64,000 bases of DNA from Picochlorum sp. SENEW3 (taxonomy: Eukaryota), in contig CP120454.1 in assembly GCA_034226945.1 (NCBI GenBank), forward strand, positions 1,240,001 to 1,304,000. The letters run 5' to 3'. Position numbers and translations under genes: made by a program. Under the pieces are notes generated by a model. It was not told where the DNA came from. It saw nothing but the letters and a program-made list of their open reading frames with translations, and did not search any database. Positions 44,167-56,320 of the stretch are shown here, one piece after another. The number at the start of each line of letters is the position of its first letter. Within the stretch, counting starts at the first letter, position 1.

Positions 44167-44503
44167 GGCGATTCTGTAGGGTTTTGGTTTCTTTGTTTTT
44201 TCTGTCAAATGTCGCAAGAAAATGCTTCTTCTTTTTTTGTTTTTGTTTCTCTTCTTCAATCGGAAAGAGTCGCTCCTTCTTCTTTTTCTTGGTATTTTTT
44301 TAAAAGCAACAAATATATTTGCAGTAAATTGTTAGAACAATGCACAGGATGGATGGTGATGAACTGGAAGGAAACATAAGCCAGATTTCTTTCTTTCTTT
44401 TGAACGAGATGCTACGTAGCATCTCGATGCTGATGTTACAACACGCATCAAGAACAAGAAGATCATCATCATGTCAGAATAGATAGTGTAAAGGATGGAT
44501 TGC

Positions 44504-46663
44504 TCATCGTTTGGCCGAGATCATGGCCAAAGAATGTGTATCTGAGCACTTGTGCTTGGTCAAGACACGGTGGATTCTGTGCAGTTGGTGTCCTGAGAAG
44601 CTATTGATGTGGGATACTGCTGCTGCTGCAGATGCATCGACGAGTGAACTGCATCATGGAATTATATAATTCAATCATATGTGTTTCTTTGCTACAGATG
44701 TCGATGACGATGACAATGATGATACCTACCTGGGGCATGATTCCACAGTCTCAAATGCCTGAATCAGACCAAACAGTGATGGGGGCTCCAAGGTGGTAAT
44801 TTCCTTCTTTTGAATACATTTGATGATTGGTACTGTCACATGGAGGCCAGTGTTTTTCATTCTTGAGAATGCAAATGCTGCGCGGGCCTTATCTCTGCTG
44901 GAAAGTGAGTCGAGGCGGGGTACCAGGCGAGATGAGAGAGCCTGTGATACATCTGCACAGGGCGTTTTGAAGGATGCAAACGCATACGATGTCTGTACAA
45001 GAGCTTCTGGTGATAGCACGCCTGCTTTGTATATAGTGACTGCGGATAGACTTTTGATGACGGAGGGACTCCCAAGTTTGAGCTTGGCAATGGAATATGC
45101 AAGCTTGGGCAACAGGGCTGTTGCAACAGAGTCCATTGTCGCTACCATTCTTGCCTGAAGTCTCTGTGCTGTTTTCGGGGTAATATCTAAATCCATCGTT
45201 CCCAGTGCGACGATCAATGATGTGGTTTCCCAGACAGAGACAGACTCGATACCCCGAGACATGTGCTCTAGAGCCTTGGTCAAATCTCTGGACACGGCAT
45301 CCAGTTCATCGTTTCCGATCGTTCCCGCCGATTTGCTCCGGTTGAATAGAATCGATATGTACCGAAATCCTTGTGTTGATCTATGCGATATATTTTGTGT
45401 CTCTGCAAAGGAAACCTGTGCAGAGGCAAACCTGCCCAAAAGGCCCTGTGGTAGTTTGAGATCCAATCGACAACACGCCCACATGATTGCCACCAAATCC
45501 TCTTCCTTATGATCCGATACTCGTTTATTCACATATTGCAGGCTTTTCGCTGCGAACGCAGTCCTCTTAAGACCAAGCCTGGCAAAAGACCATAGCACCA
45601 ATGCATTCAGGTGCACATCAAAGGCATCTTGGTTTCTCCCATCATTCTCCGCTACCAACTCTTTGGCACGTTTTGCCATTGCTCTACAAAACACAATAGA
45701 GGGCTCTGCCACCAATTTACCCAGCGATACGAAAAACAATGCCAAATCCTGAGCAGAGAATTCATCAAGCCTCTTTTCGAAATGGGTTGTGATTAGCACA
45801 AGGAGTTTATGCGGATTGTACTTGAGACATGAAAACCCATGCATGATTCTAGATACGTCTTCTGAGGTGAACGATGTAATTTTCGCTTCGCTCTCTCGCT
45901 CAGCTGCTCGCAGCAGAGCTGCATCACTAAAACCAACATGCCCAAGGCTCCACACTAAGATTGACAAATCTCTTGCCGTAAAATGATCCAAACCCATCCC
46001 GCTCTTGACGAGCTGCGACAGTGATTTGAATAGACCGCGACTTTCGTCCTTGTCCATTCCCGGATGGGATGACAATGCCCATAATACCATGCACAACTCT
46101 TTTGGTTCAAACTGAACCATCCTTGTCTGAATATCCTGAGATATGCGGATAATATCAGCAGCTGTGCCTGAATTTGTGGCTACCATGACTCGTGATATCA
46201 TCGATACCTCGGATGGAGTGAACTTTGATACCAGAGGCATGGTGTGCTCCATCAGAAAACCTCTCAATTCCTGAGCATCATCCACAGAACCCTGCTCTGT
46301 CAGTCTCTTGCTCAAAACGACATCCCACGCTAGAGCTATGTATCGTGTATCTTTCAAAATCCAATCCGAATCAGCGCGCAAGTAGCGAAGCAATTGCGAC
46401 GATGTCCTGCTGGCCTGTATTCTCTCAAACAGATAGGAGGAATCTTGCCATTCCTCCTGCCCACTGGCTTGGCTTTGGCACACATAGCTCGCAGATATGA
46501 ATTTATCACTATATTTTACGTTACAGAATGGGCGCATGGGCAAGGAAACAGCAGGAACATGCTCTACTTTGGCTCTTCCATGTCGAAAATGCACCTTTTC
46601 CAAACCCAACACCAACGGACTTGGCAAAACCCCATTCCAAAGTACTGTTTGGATTGTATTCAT
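44504..46663 (-). CDS. Organellar helical-repeat RNA-binding protein (OPR/FASTK-like); exons 46663-44730, 44648-44504
   Basis: Repeats of about 36-38 aa (FEPKELCMVLWALS, FTARDLSILVWSLG, FTSEDVSRIMHGFS). Intron GTAGGT...TGCAG adds an in-frame final exon. Confidence 0.8.
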
Positions 46664-47153
46664 ATTTATTTTAATTCATAAACCAGCAAATTCGCTCAGG
46701 AGAACAGACGAGTGTCGAAAACAAAATCTTTAGGAGGATACACTCGTCCTCCAGCAATACCTACTCCTCATCAGGCAAATTCATTTCATACCAAAATGTA
46801 AATAGTTTTTTGCTTGTTTTTCGATGGCATTGGGCGTCGCTTGTGACAGTTCATACATTCCGAAATTCGGATTCTGCCATAAATAGGAATTTAAAATGGA
46901 CCCACGGCCATGCGGATTTGAGAGATCCGATCCTCCGTGGTTGATCTATTAGATATAGTACATGACAATATAAATGCCTAGATCCGGTGGTACATGGCTT
47001 CATACAGACCAATCGGTGTGGCTGATTTGAATCGAATGGCTGTTTGTTTCCAGCTAGACATTGAATACGTTCTTTGAGCACTATTAGCACATTTTGGAGT
47101 CTTATTACTTTTAATTTTCAAATTACGACAGCTGAGGAGATTTATAGAGGAGA

Positions 47154-50135
47154 ATGGGAGGATCTGCGGCCAATGGTAAAAGCAACAAGGCTGGAAGTGG
47201 AGGAGAAGAGAAAAGGGCGTCTCCTTCTGGGAAAAAGACGGCACCATCAGCGAAACGTGTAAAGCATGGTGCTTCAAATGGGGATGTCATGCCTGTGAAG
47301 GAGATGGAAAAGAGCTTTCCCAAGAAGACGTTGAAGTATGCCGTTTTCAAAGTCTTGCAAAAGCATGGGCTTCATGAGGGCATGTCTGCTGATGAGATTA
47401 TTACAAAGGGTGAATCTATGGGATTCTCAAATATGAAAGGCGGGGACGTTTCATGCAAGCGCCAGGTTGCAAAAATTTTGTGCATCGAGCCGAATTTCGA
47501 GAGAATCAAGTTGGGTGTGTACTCCTTGGCCTGCTATCAAATGAATGCTAACCGCCATTCACAGCAGCCAGGTGGCAGTCAGGTGGTGGCCTCAGATCGT
47601 TCAAAGCTTGCGAGGCAGATTGCAGCATGGAAAGCTAAAAGGGATAAATTGAGAAAGGAGCTGGGGAGGAAAGAGGAGGAACTTGCAAGCGTGTCAAAGC
47701 ACTTGGAAGAGGACAAGGAAGCCATGGTGACTCAAAATTCCATTCCTCTAGCACAAGCCATGCAGGTCGATCCTAGTGCATTAAAGCAGTTTGAGATGGC
47801 GGAAGAAGAGAAGATGTTTACGGGTGATGAAAATGATAGAAAAGCGATGCTGGAGCATCGGCAACGGGTACAATGTAGAGCAAAGGAATTGGACCAGGCT
47901 AGGGATACATTCATCCTAGAATATAAGGATGGTATTCTCCGGCAGCGGAAGGAACTTGCAGCAAAAGTGAAGTATCAGCAAAAAGTAAAAGATAATTTGG
48001 ATTCTGAGATCGAAAGCGTGCGGGAGAAGATTGCGGATCTCGATCAAAATATCTCAAGTGCAGAAGAAAAGATGACTGCATGTCCCCCAAAGAAGTCAAC
48101 AAAGAAGGCGGCAAGCTTGCCCAGAGGCCCCCTTGAGGATGAGGATATTCCTGATAAGACGCCTTTGTTTGAACCGGCGTGGCTCGATGCGGAAGCAGCG
48201 TCTCGATTTGCAAAATTGCTGGCAATTTCAGACAATTTGATCCTCATAGGAACACGAAACCTGGGCGTCAAGGCGCCTCCATTTCAGGAATTGCAGGACA
48301 TGCTAGAGTCGTCTACTATGAATGCACCAGAGAGAATTTCGAATTCTCTTGCTCCAGATGCGCTGCATCAGTTGTACAGAAATCTGTTAGAGCTGATTAT
48401 AGGAGATGCAATGGAAACGGGTGATGACTTGAAAGGACCCACGCGATGGAGCAAAGCTCTGTCAGACGGCTCGTGGCCTGAAATTTTGCGTCGTTTCATT
48501 CTACTCCGCGACTCTGACGAGAAGAGTCTGTACGAGAGGCCTGATACGCATGCATCGCTGGCAGCGAGCATGCTTGCGTACAACCCAGTAGAAGATCTTA
48601 CAAATGATCAACATGTCTCTCTTTTACATTACCTCACTGACAATGTCTTGATCGATTCAGCATGCTTTAGGAATGTGCTTCAAAATAGAGAAAATGCCGC
48701 AATGGATGCAAAACGAGACGCAAAGGATGAGATGGCAGAGGAGAGGAAGCGATTGAAGGAGATCCAAGAGGCAAAAAAGCGCCTTGTAGAACATGGACAG
48801 GCCAACGCATCTGAGACCAATCAGACAGACTTTTCTCTGGAGGATGCAGAACTTCCGGAAGAATATAAAGAGTTCAAAGGGAATCCAGTAACTCAGAAGG
48901 AAGAATACGAGGCATTCCTGAAAAGCCAAGCCTCCATGAAGAGAAAACTTGAAAAGGAGAGGGTCAAGAAATTTGCTGACAAGGTTCGAGCAGAACGGGC
49001 AGAGGCTGCTAGGCTGAAGAAGTTGGAAGAAGACAGGCAAAATATGGTAAAAGAGATAGAAGCGGCGGAAGAAGCACTGGAACTCGCCCGTCAGGCATAT
49101 CAAGACAAGGTGGAAAAGCTCAAAATACGAAGAGACCCACTTGGTTTTGATCGCCATCACAGGCGATACTGGTACGGTGTTGGTGGCTATAAAGCTGGCA
49201 TCTTAGTCGAAGGGTCACATGGAAAACTCGCATGCATACAAACGGAAAAGGATCTGGATAGTTTACTCTCCTCGCTTGACAGCCGAGGCGTGCGAGAAAA
49301 GAAACTTTCTGAAGAATTGAAAAGCATCAAGGATTTCGTCGCTCAAGGCATGCGACGCGCGAAGAACAAGCAGTCGGACCCTGACACTGCGCCACCAAAA
49401 GAAGGCCCGCTGCGACAATCATCCAGGCAGTCCCGCCAGGTGGAATTCTTCGACCCATCAAAACCAGCCAATGTTCCAAGAAGACCTCCAAAGGCATCAC
49501 CTCAGGCAATCAGAGATCAGCTATCCATACTCCCTCTCCCCTCCTCTGTTAATATTGCATACTCCGATTCTATATTTATTCTCATAGAAATCAAGCGGGA
49601 TGCAATCGAAGCTGGTATCTCTGGACCTCCAGGCGACGAAAGTTGGGAGAAGTGGACCAGAGACACAACCACATTTGGACACGAGTATGGCAGCACAGAG
49701 TACAAGAGTACACCATCGAAACGCATCATGGATATCCTCCGAGGAAAAGCGTTCGAGCTCGAATCAGTGCTCAACATGAAATCTGAAATTCTTCAGGGAA
49801 AACGCCAGGAAGAAGAAGAAGAAGAAGAGGAAGGATCAGAGCCAGACAGCAGCGACCAATCCAATGCTCCTTCCTCGCCAGTCCCACATCAGTCAGACAT
49901 TGACAGCATCCCACTCACCAGTCCTTCCAAATTCACGGAAACCATTGACACAGCATTCGTTTCAAAGAAGAATCCGAAGGAATCCAAATTCCTATGGCAT
50001 ACATTGAGAGAACGAGTGGCATGGATGACTGATTTGAAATCCACTGCAACCCCAGCACGTTTGGCTTTCAATGTCAATCTTCTCAGACTCCAATCAAAGC
50101 CCATCTTCAGATTCATGGCCAACCAAGATAAATAA
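47154..50135 (+). CDS. DDT/WHIM ISWI-partner chromatin protein with HARE-HTH domain (RINGLET-like)
   Basis: TLKYAVFKVL (HARE-HTH), DDT-like region ending SWPEILRRF, WHIM1, RRDPLGFDRHHRRYW and SLDSRGVREKKL (WHIM2/3). Confidence 0.85.
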   Translation: MGGSAANGKSNKAGSGGEEKRASPSGKKTAPSAKRVKHGASNGDVMPVKEMEKSFPKKTLKYAVFKVLQKHGLHEGMSADEIITKGESMGFSNMKGGDVSCKRQVAKILCIEPNFERIKLGVYSLACYQMNANRHSQQPGGSQVVASDRSKLARQIAAWKAKRDKLRKELGRKEEELASVSKHLEEDKEAMVTQNSIPLAQAMQVDPSALKQFEMAEEEKMFTGDENDRKAMLEHRQRVQCRAKELDQARDTFILEYKDGILRQRKELAAKVKYQQKVKDNLDSEIESVREKIADLDQNISSAEEKMTACPPKKSTKKAASLPRGPLEDEDIPDKTPLFEPAWLDAEAASRFAKLLAISDNLILIGTRNLGVKAPPFQELQDMLESSTMNAPERISNSLAPDALHQLYRNLLELIIGDAMETGDDLKGPTRWSKALSDGSWPEILRRFILLRDSDEKSLYERPDTHASLAASMLAYNPVEDLTNDQHVSLLHYLTDNVLIDSACFRNVLQNRENAAMDAKRDAKDEMAEERKRLKEIQEAKKRLVEHGQANASETNQTDFSLEDAELPEEYKEFKGNPVTQKEEYEAFLKSQASMKRKLEKERVKKFADKVRAERAEAARLKKLEEDRQNMVKEIEAAEEALELARQAYQDKVEKLKIRRDPLGFDRHHRRYWYGVGGYKAGILVEGSHGKLACIQTEKDLDSLLSSLDSRGVREKKLSEELKSIKDFVAQGMRRAKNKQSDPDTAPPKEGPLRQSSRQSRQVEFFDPSKPANVPRRPPKASPQAIRDQLSILPLPSSVNIAYSDSIFILIEIKRDAIEAGISGPPGDESWEKWTRDTTTFGHEYGSTEYKSTPSKRIMDILRGKAFELESVLNMKSEILQGKRQEEEEEEEEGSEPDSSDQSNAPSSPVPHQSDIDSIPLTSPSKFTETIDTAFVSKKNPKESKFLWHTLRERVAWMTDLKSTATPARLAFNVNLLRLQSKPIFRFMANQDK

Positions 50136-50321
50136 TAATTATAGTTACACACATGTGTTTAAGATAAGGGTATCATGATATGAGTGGAGTATTCGTAGAA
50201 AAAATCGACAATTTTTTAATCATCTTGACTACTGGCGGAATACATTTCATGTCCCATTTTTTTACTCAAATTAGCCATTTACAGAATATTATATGCCAAC
50301 ATGAATAATATACTGGGAATA

Positions 50322-51466
50322 ATGCGTCAATGGACGTGCCTGGTGCTGCTGCTGCTGGTAGCCCAGTATACTACTGCTCAAGCACAGGACTCTTCTTCTT
50401 CTTCTTCTTCTTCTTCTTCGAGGTACGTTGGTCCTTTTGATTGGCCACGGCCAACTCATCAAACGTCACCAGGCATGCTTTCCATCCCAGTTGATTCATC
50501 ATTGTATAAAGAGGTACATATATGCTGCACTGCAGTGCCATCACCTGCAAGAATACCAAGAATGGAAGGCACTATCTGACAGATACCAGTGGGCGAGTGT
50601 GCTCCCGTCAGCAGATGGACTTTGCTACAGGCTGTTGCCCAGATTCCATAGATCCATATAGCTGTGAGACATGCAAAGATCTGGATGGGTGCTGTAGCTC
50701 GTATGAACACTGTGTGTCGTGCTGCATGGCACCCAAGCATGTTCCAAAGGAGCGAATGGCTGAGACATTTATTGGTCTCTTCAAGTACGTTTTACATACA
50801 TATTTTGTCGTCTCTTCATTCTCCATATACAATGATGAATGAATGAATAGAAGGGATAGAATCATGGATATCATACACTGTTGCAGGGCAGACACTGGGC
50901 ACTGGTCCAATGAATTTGATTACTGTAAATCGGCATGTAGAACGACATCTAGAAGCACGCAGAATGAGAATACGTATATAGGTGAGAGAAAGTACTGTTA
51001 TTCGGAGGAAAGACGACCGAGAGATAGCGAGCCTGTAACGTTTCAAGATGGCAGGTTTGTTGCAAAAGGTGCTGCGGGCGCATCCTGCGAGGATGCGTGT
51101 AAAGCGCAGAATGCCGTCTGCGCTGATGAGGATACCTCACCAATTAATACATGCGATGAGCTTCGAGCTGCTTTCATGTGTGAAGCAGGATGCAGCCCCA
51201 CAGTACAGTCGGGGGAGTCAGACGAGTATCCAGGGTATGTTGGCGTGAAGGCTCCAAAGAATGATCAACCTGGCACATGCTTTATACAACGTTATTCCGC
51301 GGATTCCACCAGTCCTGTGAGATCATTGTTGGAAGGAACTGGCCCAAAATGCGATGCGAAATCAAAATTCGTCCATCGCTTGTGCATCTGTCGTCGTGCC
51401 AGTAGCAGTGGCATGGTTCCAGCATCCGGACAATCCCATAGAAGCTCCGAGGAGGAACGACGATGA
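50322..51466 (+). CDS. SPRING1/C12orf49 (UPF0454)-like Cys-rich protein; exons 50322-50422, 50536-50784, 50887-51466
   Basis: CKNTKNGRHYLTDTSGRVC, CCSSYEHCVSCCM, FDYCKSACRTTSRSTQNENTY; both introns canonical and in phase. Confidence 0.88.
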
Positions 51467-51535
51467 CGATTCCTCAAGGGTTCTGGCCACAATGGCCGTA
51501 GCTATTCCAGCTAATCGATTTTTTTCTTTAGTAAT

Positions 51536-52159
51536 ATGACGTCAGCTGCGCCTCCCCGCCCCGATCTTTCGGCGAAAAAGTCTCCGAGACGACAGCCAGG
51601 GTGGCTGTCGAAGAAGAATTTTTTGGGCATCTTTGACGTGGCGGATTGCCAACATACTCTGAAATTGAGAAATAAATGGAATGCTTCTGACCAATTTACA
51701 ATTGAAATCGGGGCAGATTGTACCACGTCAACCTGTACGCCTTGGGCTGGAGTCAAGCTCTTGTTGGACAAGGATGAGCCAGATGGATGGGCCATGGAAG
51801 TGAACACTGATTGGGCTCTGTTGCAATCTCCAGCGGTAGATTTGTGTCCATTCACGGATTCATTCTCGCTTCCAGTGAATGCGCGCATAGGTACCAATTT
51901 TTATGATGATAATTCTCCACACATTGAAATTGGCATCAAGAACAAGGCTGTCATCATCACCATGTTGGTGTGCTCCCTCATTCTTCAAAAACCAGCAGCT
52001 CTTCATGTAAAGAGAAAAGAAATCGGAGGGTTTGATTTTTCTGTGCCCGTGTCGAAAATGATGGCGTCATCAGTGGAAGTGGATGCAAGTGTGCGTCGCA
52101 AAGGGTGGAGATTATTGGTGAGCTTTTCCAACATGAGTCCAGTCTTACGACTTCATTAA
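51536..52159 (+). CDS. Uncharacterised beta-strand-rich protein
   Basis: 207-aa ORF with alternating hydrophobic pattern; no family recognised with confidence. Confidence 0.65.
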   Translation: MTSAAPPRPDLSAKKSPRRQPGWLSKKNFLGIFDVADCQHTLKLRNKWNASDQFTIEIGADCTTSTCTPWAGVKLLLDKDEPDGWAMEVNTDWALLQSPAVDLCPFTDSFSLPVNARIGTNFYDDNSPHIEIGIKNKAVIITMLVCSLILQKPAALHVKRKEIGGFDFSVPVSKMMASSVEVDASVRRKGWRLLVSFSNMSPVLRLH

Positions 52160-52170
52160 TCCATGATATT

Positions 52171-53502
52171 TTACAGTGTTGATATCAATGTATACAAAAA
52201 TAATCCCGCGCCAAAGAGGATCAAAAATCCCCCCGATATACTAAACAATATTCTGATATTCTGTTGTTGGTGATCCCTGGCCTCGTGCAGCAAGAGTGCA
52301 CCCGGAATAATGAATATAATCACCGTTCCTGACGTTCCCCCGACAAGAGAAAACACGGTTCCAAGTTCAGTGAATGACAAGGCTAATATCAAGCTAAGTG
52401 TGAAAAAGACACTCGTCTCAACAAACACAAATCCATTGCCTGACGGCTCCTTCTTCAGTAACGGCATAATGATACCCTCAGAAAGCGCTTTACGCGCCGG
52501 AAAATGATTCACAGGGTATGATGCAATCTGAAGAACGCCGACAATGAGCCTCGCTGTGCTGATAATCACGCTATCATAACCAAATGTGTTGAAGATATTA
52601 CTTTGAATAGTTTTGGGGAATGCACTATATGACACCGCCCCAACCAGCAAATATCCAATCGCACACGTTAGCATTGATTTTAAAATAACATCGAGCATGA
52701 CGAGAATCTTGGACGACCCTTCAAATCTCTTGATCACTTTAAGATACCGTGGAACCTGGGAGTCTTCCAACTCATTGAACACAGCAACCACTTGCGAGTG
52801 GCATTGAAACCCAAACACAGCGATCGATATGGTATCAAATATACCACCAACATCACCATACAGGACAACGCCATCAAACCGTGCGGCAGCAGGGAGCCCA
52901 AGTATATGCTGTATGGAGTATAAAATAATGCACAGTACAATGCCAACAAACGCAACTAAATTCAACAAAGACACAAACGCTGACCCACTCAACGTCTTTT
53001 TGTAACACTGAGGCAATATGCATGTACACCCAATGGCAGCAATGACGAATTGGCGACTCGCCAACCAACCATCCTTGCTGCCATACTGAAACACATGCTG
53101 TAAAATATATCCCCACAATGTCTCAAAACTGTCACCCACAATCAATAAATACGCCACTGAGGACCCAAATAAATACAACAGCATGCTCACGTTGAGTGCA
53201 ATCGACGCATGCCGTCCCAATTTGGCCATCACAAGACCACCATAGCTGTGTGAGTTTGTGACAGAGGCAGCTCGACTCAGTACACCCAGCGTGTACGCCT
53301 GAATCGATGCAATGCACACGATGATTAGAAATCCATTCAAAAGACCATTTCTATAGAATATCATCGGCATCGATAGCACACCAGCTCCAACAGCACTATT
53401 AATAAGCAAAAATGTGGCCTGGCTTCTACTTGATTTTTTCTCATATTCCTCCACGACAACTGTCGTATGAGACGGTAATCTATCGTACTCGTCATGAGCC
53501 AT
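52171..53502 (-). CDS. SLC38/AVT-type amino acid transporter (Aa_trans)
   Basis: LINSAVGAGVLSMP, FGFQCHSQ, SYPVNHFPAR; about 11 TM segments. Confidence 0.9.
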   Translation of the reverse strand: MAHDEYDRLPSHTTVVVEEYEKKSSRSQATFLLINSAVGAGVLSMPMIFYRNGLLNGFLIIVCIASIQAYTLGVLSRAASVTNSHSYGGLVMAKLGRHASIALNVSMLLYLFGSSVAYLLIVGDSFETLWGYILQHVFQYGSKDGWLASRQFVIAAIGCTCILPQCYKKTLSGSAFVSLLNLVAFVGIVLCIILYSIQHILGLPAAARFDGVVLYGDVGGIFDTISIAVFGFQCHSQVVAVFNELEDSQVPRYLKVIKRFEGSSKILVMLDVILKSMLTCAIGYLLVGAVSYSAFPKTIQSNIFNTFGYDSVIISTARLIVGVLQIASYPVNHFPARKALSEGIIMPLLKKEPSGNGFVFVETSVFFTLSLILALSFTELGTVFSLVGGTSGTVIIFIIPGALLLHEARDHQQQNIRILFSISGGFLILFGAGLFLYTLISTL

Positions 53503-53821
53503 ATCAAGAATCCTCCAATCATAATACAACAATGATGGTCCGTTGACCTGAGCATGACAAAACCCTTGATTGATTCCCGAGTGACGACACTCTCCCTAAT
53601 AACGATATAAAAAACACATGTTCGACATGAGCAGCTACATGGATCTGACGATCACTTGATCCTCAGGCAGAAGAATCGAAAAGATCTTCGTACACGATTC
53701 AACCAAGAATCGTCGATACTAGCAGCCTGTGATCTGACGGACAGTGCCTATTTATTACTACACGACGTAGCAAGTATTTCTTCTTTCTTGTTTTGTTGAG
53801 GCAAAAAACAAGCAGACAGGA

Positions 53822-56246
53822 ATGGCAACGCCGTCTCCGGTGAAAATACCTCCTGGTATAGCAAAAGCGTCTAAAGAAGAGTTGGAAAAGCTATTGGTGA
53901 ATGCGTTGCATAAAATAAAGGCACGAGATCGGACCATTGCGGAATTAGAAGGCCAATCTGATACAAGCGGCGTAGAGCAGCCCTCTGGAGATGACTCAAA
54001 GGTTGAAGAATTAGAAAATACTGTTCAGGGATTGCAGGAAAGGTTGGTTGATGGGGAGAAGAAGTATCAGGAGAGGTTGCAAGCTGAGACTGAGGTTCTT
54101 TTGAAGGGGTTTGCGGAGGAACGGGAGCGTCTTCGGGATGGATTTGAGGCGGAACGGCGGAAGGAGCATGAGAAGATTGTCAAGCTGGATGCGGATCATG
54201 ATCGACAGGCGGCGGAGATTGAGAGATTGACTGGCCTGGTGGAGCGGTCTGAGCAGGTGCAGATGGATGCAGAGAACGAGCTTGGTGAGGAGAAACAACA
54301 GTTGTTGAAGGAGATTGGTGATTTGAAGGCGCATAATGAATCGTTGACGAGTCGATTGGATGAGATGGGGAAGGATGTGGAGAGGCGTATGGAGACTGGA
54401 GATGAGGCTGTGCGTAGCCTTGAGAAGGCACTTTCAGAGTCAAAGAACGACGTGGGTGTTGAGAAGGAGAAGAATGAAGTTGCCGAAAAGGAGATTCAGA
54501 GTCTGAAAGATGAATTGGAGAAGATGAAAGGAGAGCAGTCGAAGAGGATATCTGAGGAGATTGCAGGTTTGAAGAAGGAGCTTGATGATGCAAAATTAGA
54601 ATTAGAGAATAAACCGGCGCCGCAGGTTCCCGCCAAGATTGAGTTTGATGAATCTAGTTTCGTAAAGATTGAAGATTATAAGGCTCTGCAGAAAGAAATG
54701 GGTGATATGAAGAAGAAATTTGCGCAGTCTTTGAAGAAGAAACAGGCAGAATCTGAGAGCACGTGCGTGTGGCTTCACTTTGTGTTGGCGATTGATGGGT
54801 TGATGCCGTCTGAGGGATGTTTTTTGTTATTGTAGGATTGAAGAGTTGAAGAAAGAATTGGAAGCTGCCAAGACAGCTGGGAGCGGTAAAGGTTCTTCTA
54901 CTGGTGAAGTAGCTCAGATTAGAAAAGAAGTTGAGGTGGAAAGGAGCAGGTTCAAAAGAGCATTAGGGGAGCTTAAGAGAAGGAATGAAAGCTTATCCAA
55001 GTCCAAAATAGACCTTGAGAAACAAGTGTCAGATTTGGAAGTGCTAATTGAATCGTTAAAGGCGGAAGGAGCTGCTGCTGCTCGTCAGGCTCAAGAGGCT
55101 CGAAGTCTTGCAGAGCAATCGTCGAATGCGTTCAAGGAGTACAAGGCACGGGCACATAGTCTGTTGAAAGCAAAAGAGGATGAAATAAAGGAGGGTAGGT
55201 CGACAGCGAAAGAGGAGTATGAAAAGCAGATTGAAGAGGCCCGTGCAGAAAAGGTTCAGGCTGAGACACGGTTGAAGGATGTTGTTGAGGAATTGGAGAA
55301 ATTAAAGTCAGAAAACCTTGAACACGTGTATTCAGTGGAGCAAAAGTATGAAGGGAAAATTGCAGATATGGAGAAAGAGTTGAAAAACGCCAAAGAATGC
55401 AGCAAGGCATCCAATCGGCAATATGAACAGTTGAGAGTCAGGCTAGAGTCATATGATGACCGCTTCCAGTCTCTCAAGCGACAATTGGAGGAGTCGAAGC
55501 AGGAGTTGCTGGCAGCAAAATCACATCACCCTGGTTCTTCCATCTCTGAAAGCGATTATGAAAGCCTCAGAGCAGCCTTGTCGAGATCTGAGAAAGAAAA
55601 GCTTGCATTGGAGGAGGTAAAAGTTGTGATGGAGGGAGAGATTGCAGACTTGAAAGCAATGATCAAGCAATTGAAGATGACGCTTGCGATGAAAACAAGC
55701 CTTCCAAAACCTGAAATAGATGTAGATATGTTGCATCATAGACCTAGCAGTGCTGATTTCGTCGTGTCGCCAAAAGTTTCTGGGTCACAGAGTGCAACGG
55801 CCTCTGTGGCCGCGGATGATCTTGAGAACCTCCATCAACAACTTGCTGCTGCAAATAGAAAGGCGTCTATTGCGGAACAGGAGGTTGATGATTTAGAGAA
55901 GGAGGTAGAACTCCGGAACACTCAGGAAAAAGCTCTGAAAGAAACAGTGCGTGAGTTGGAACGAGAACTTGAAAGAGTCAAATTGACATCCAAGGGTGTT
56001 GATATGGAATACTTCAAGAACATCCTGCTCAAGCTGTTCGAGACGGGCGAAGAAGAGAGTTTACTCCCGGTCATTGGTACAATGTTGAAGTTTAGTCCAG
56101 CAGAGCTCGATCGATGTAGGAAGGCGCTCGCGATGAGACGAGAACAACACGCTGACCTGCTGCAAGGGGCTGGGGAGGCATCTGCAAATGTGACGTCATA
56201 TCTGACTGATCTGCTCGGATTTGGGACGACGACCTCCGAGGCGTAA
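53822..56246 (+). CDS. GRIP: GRIP-domain golgin; exons 53822-54762, 54836-56246
   Basis: Long coiled coil; GRIP domain VDMEYFKNILLKLFETGEEESLLPVIGTMLKFSPAE; intron GTGCGT...TAG in phase. Confidence 0.92.
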
Positions 56247-56320
56247 AGTAATTATTTATCAATGTGTTGAATCGATCTCGCACATGTACATACATGACCA
56301 TGAAAGAATATTTAATCAAT

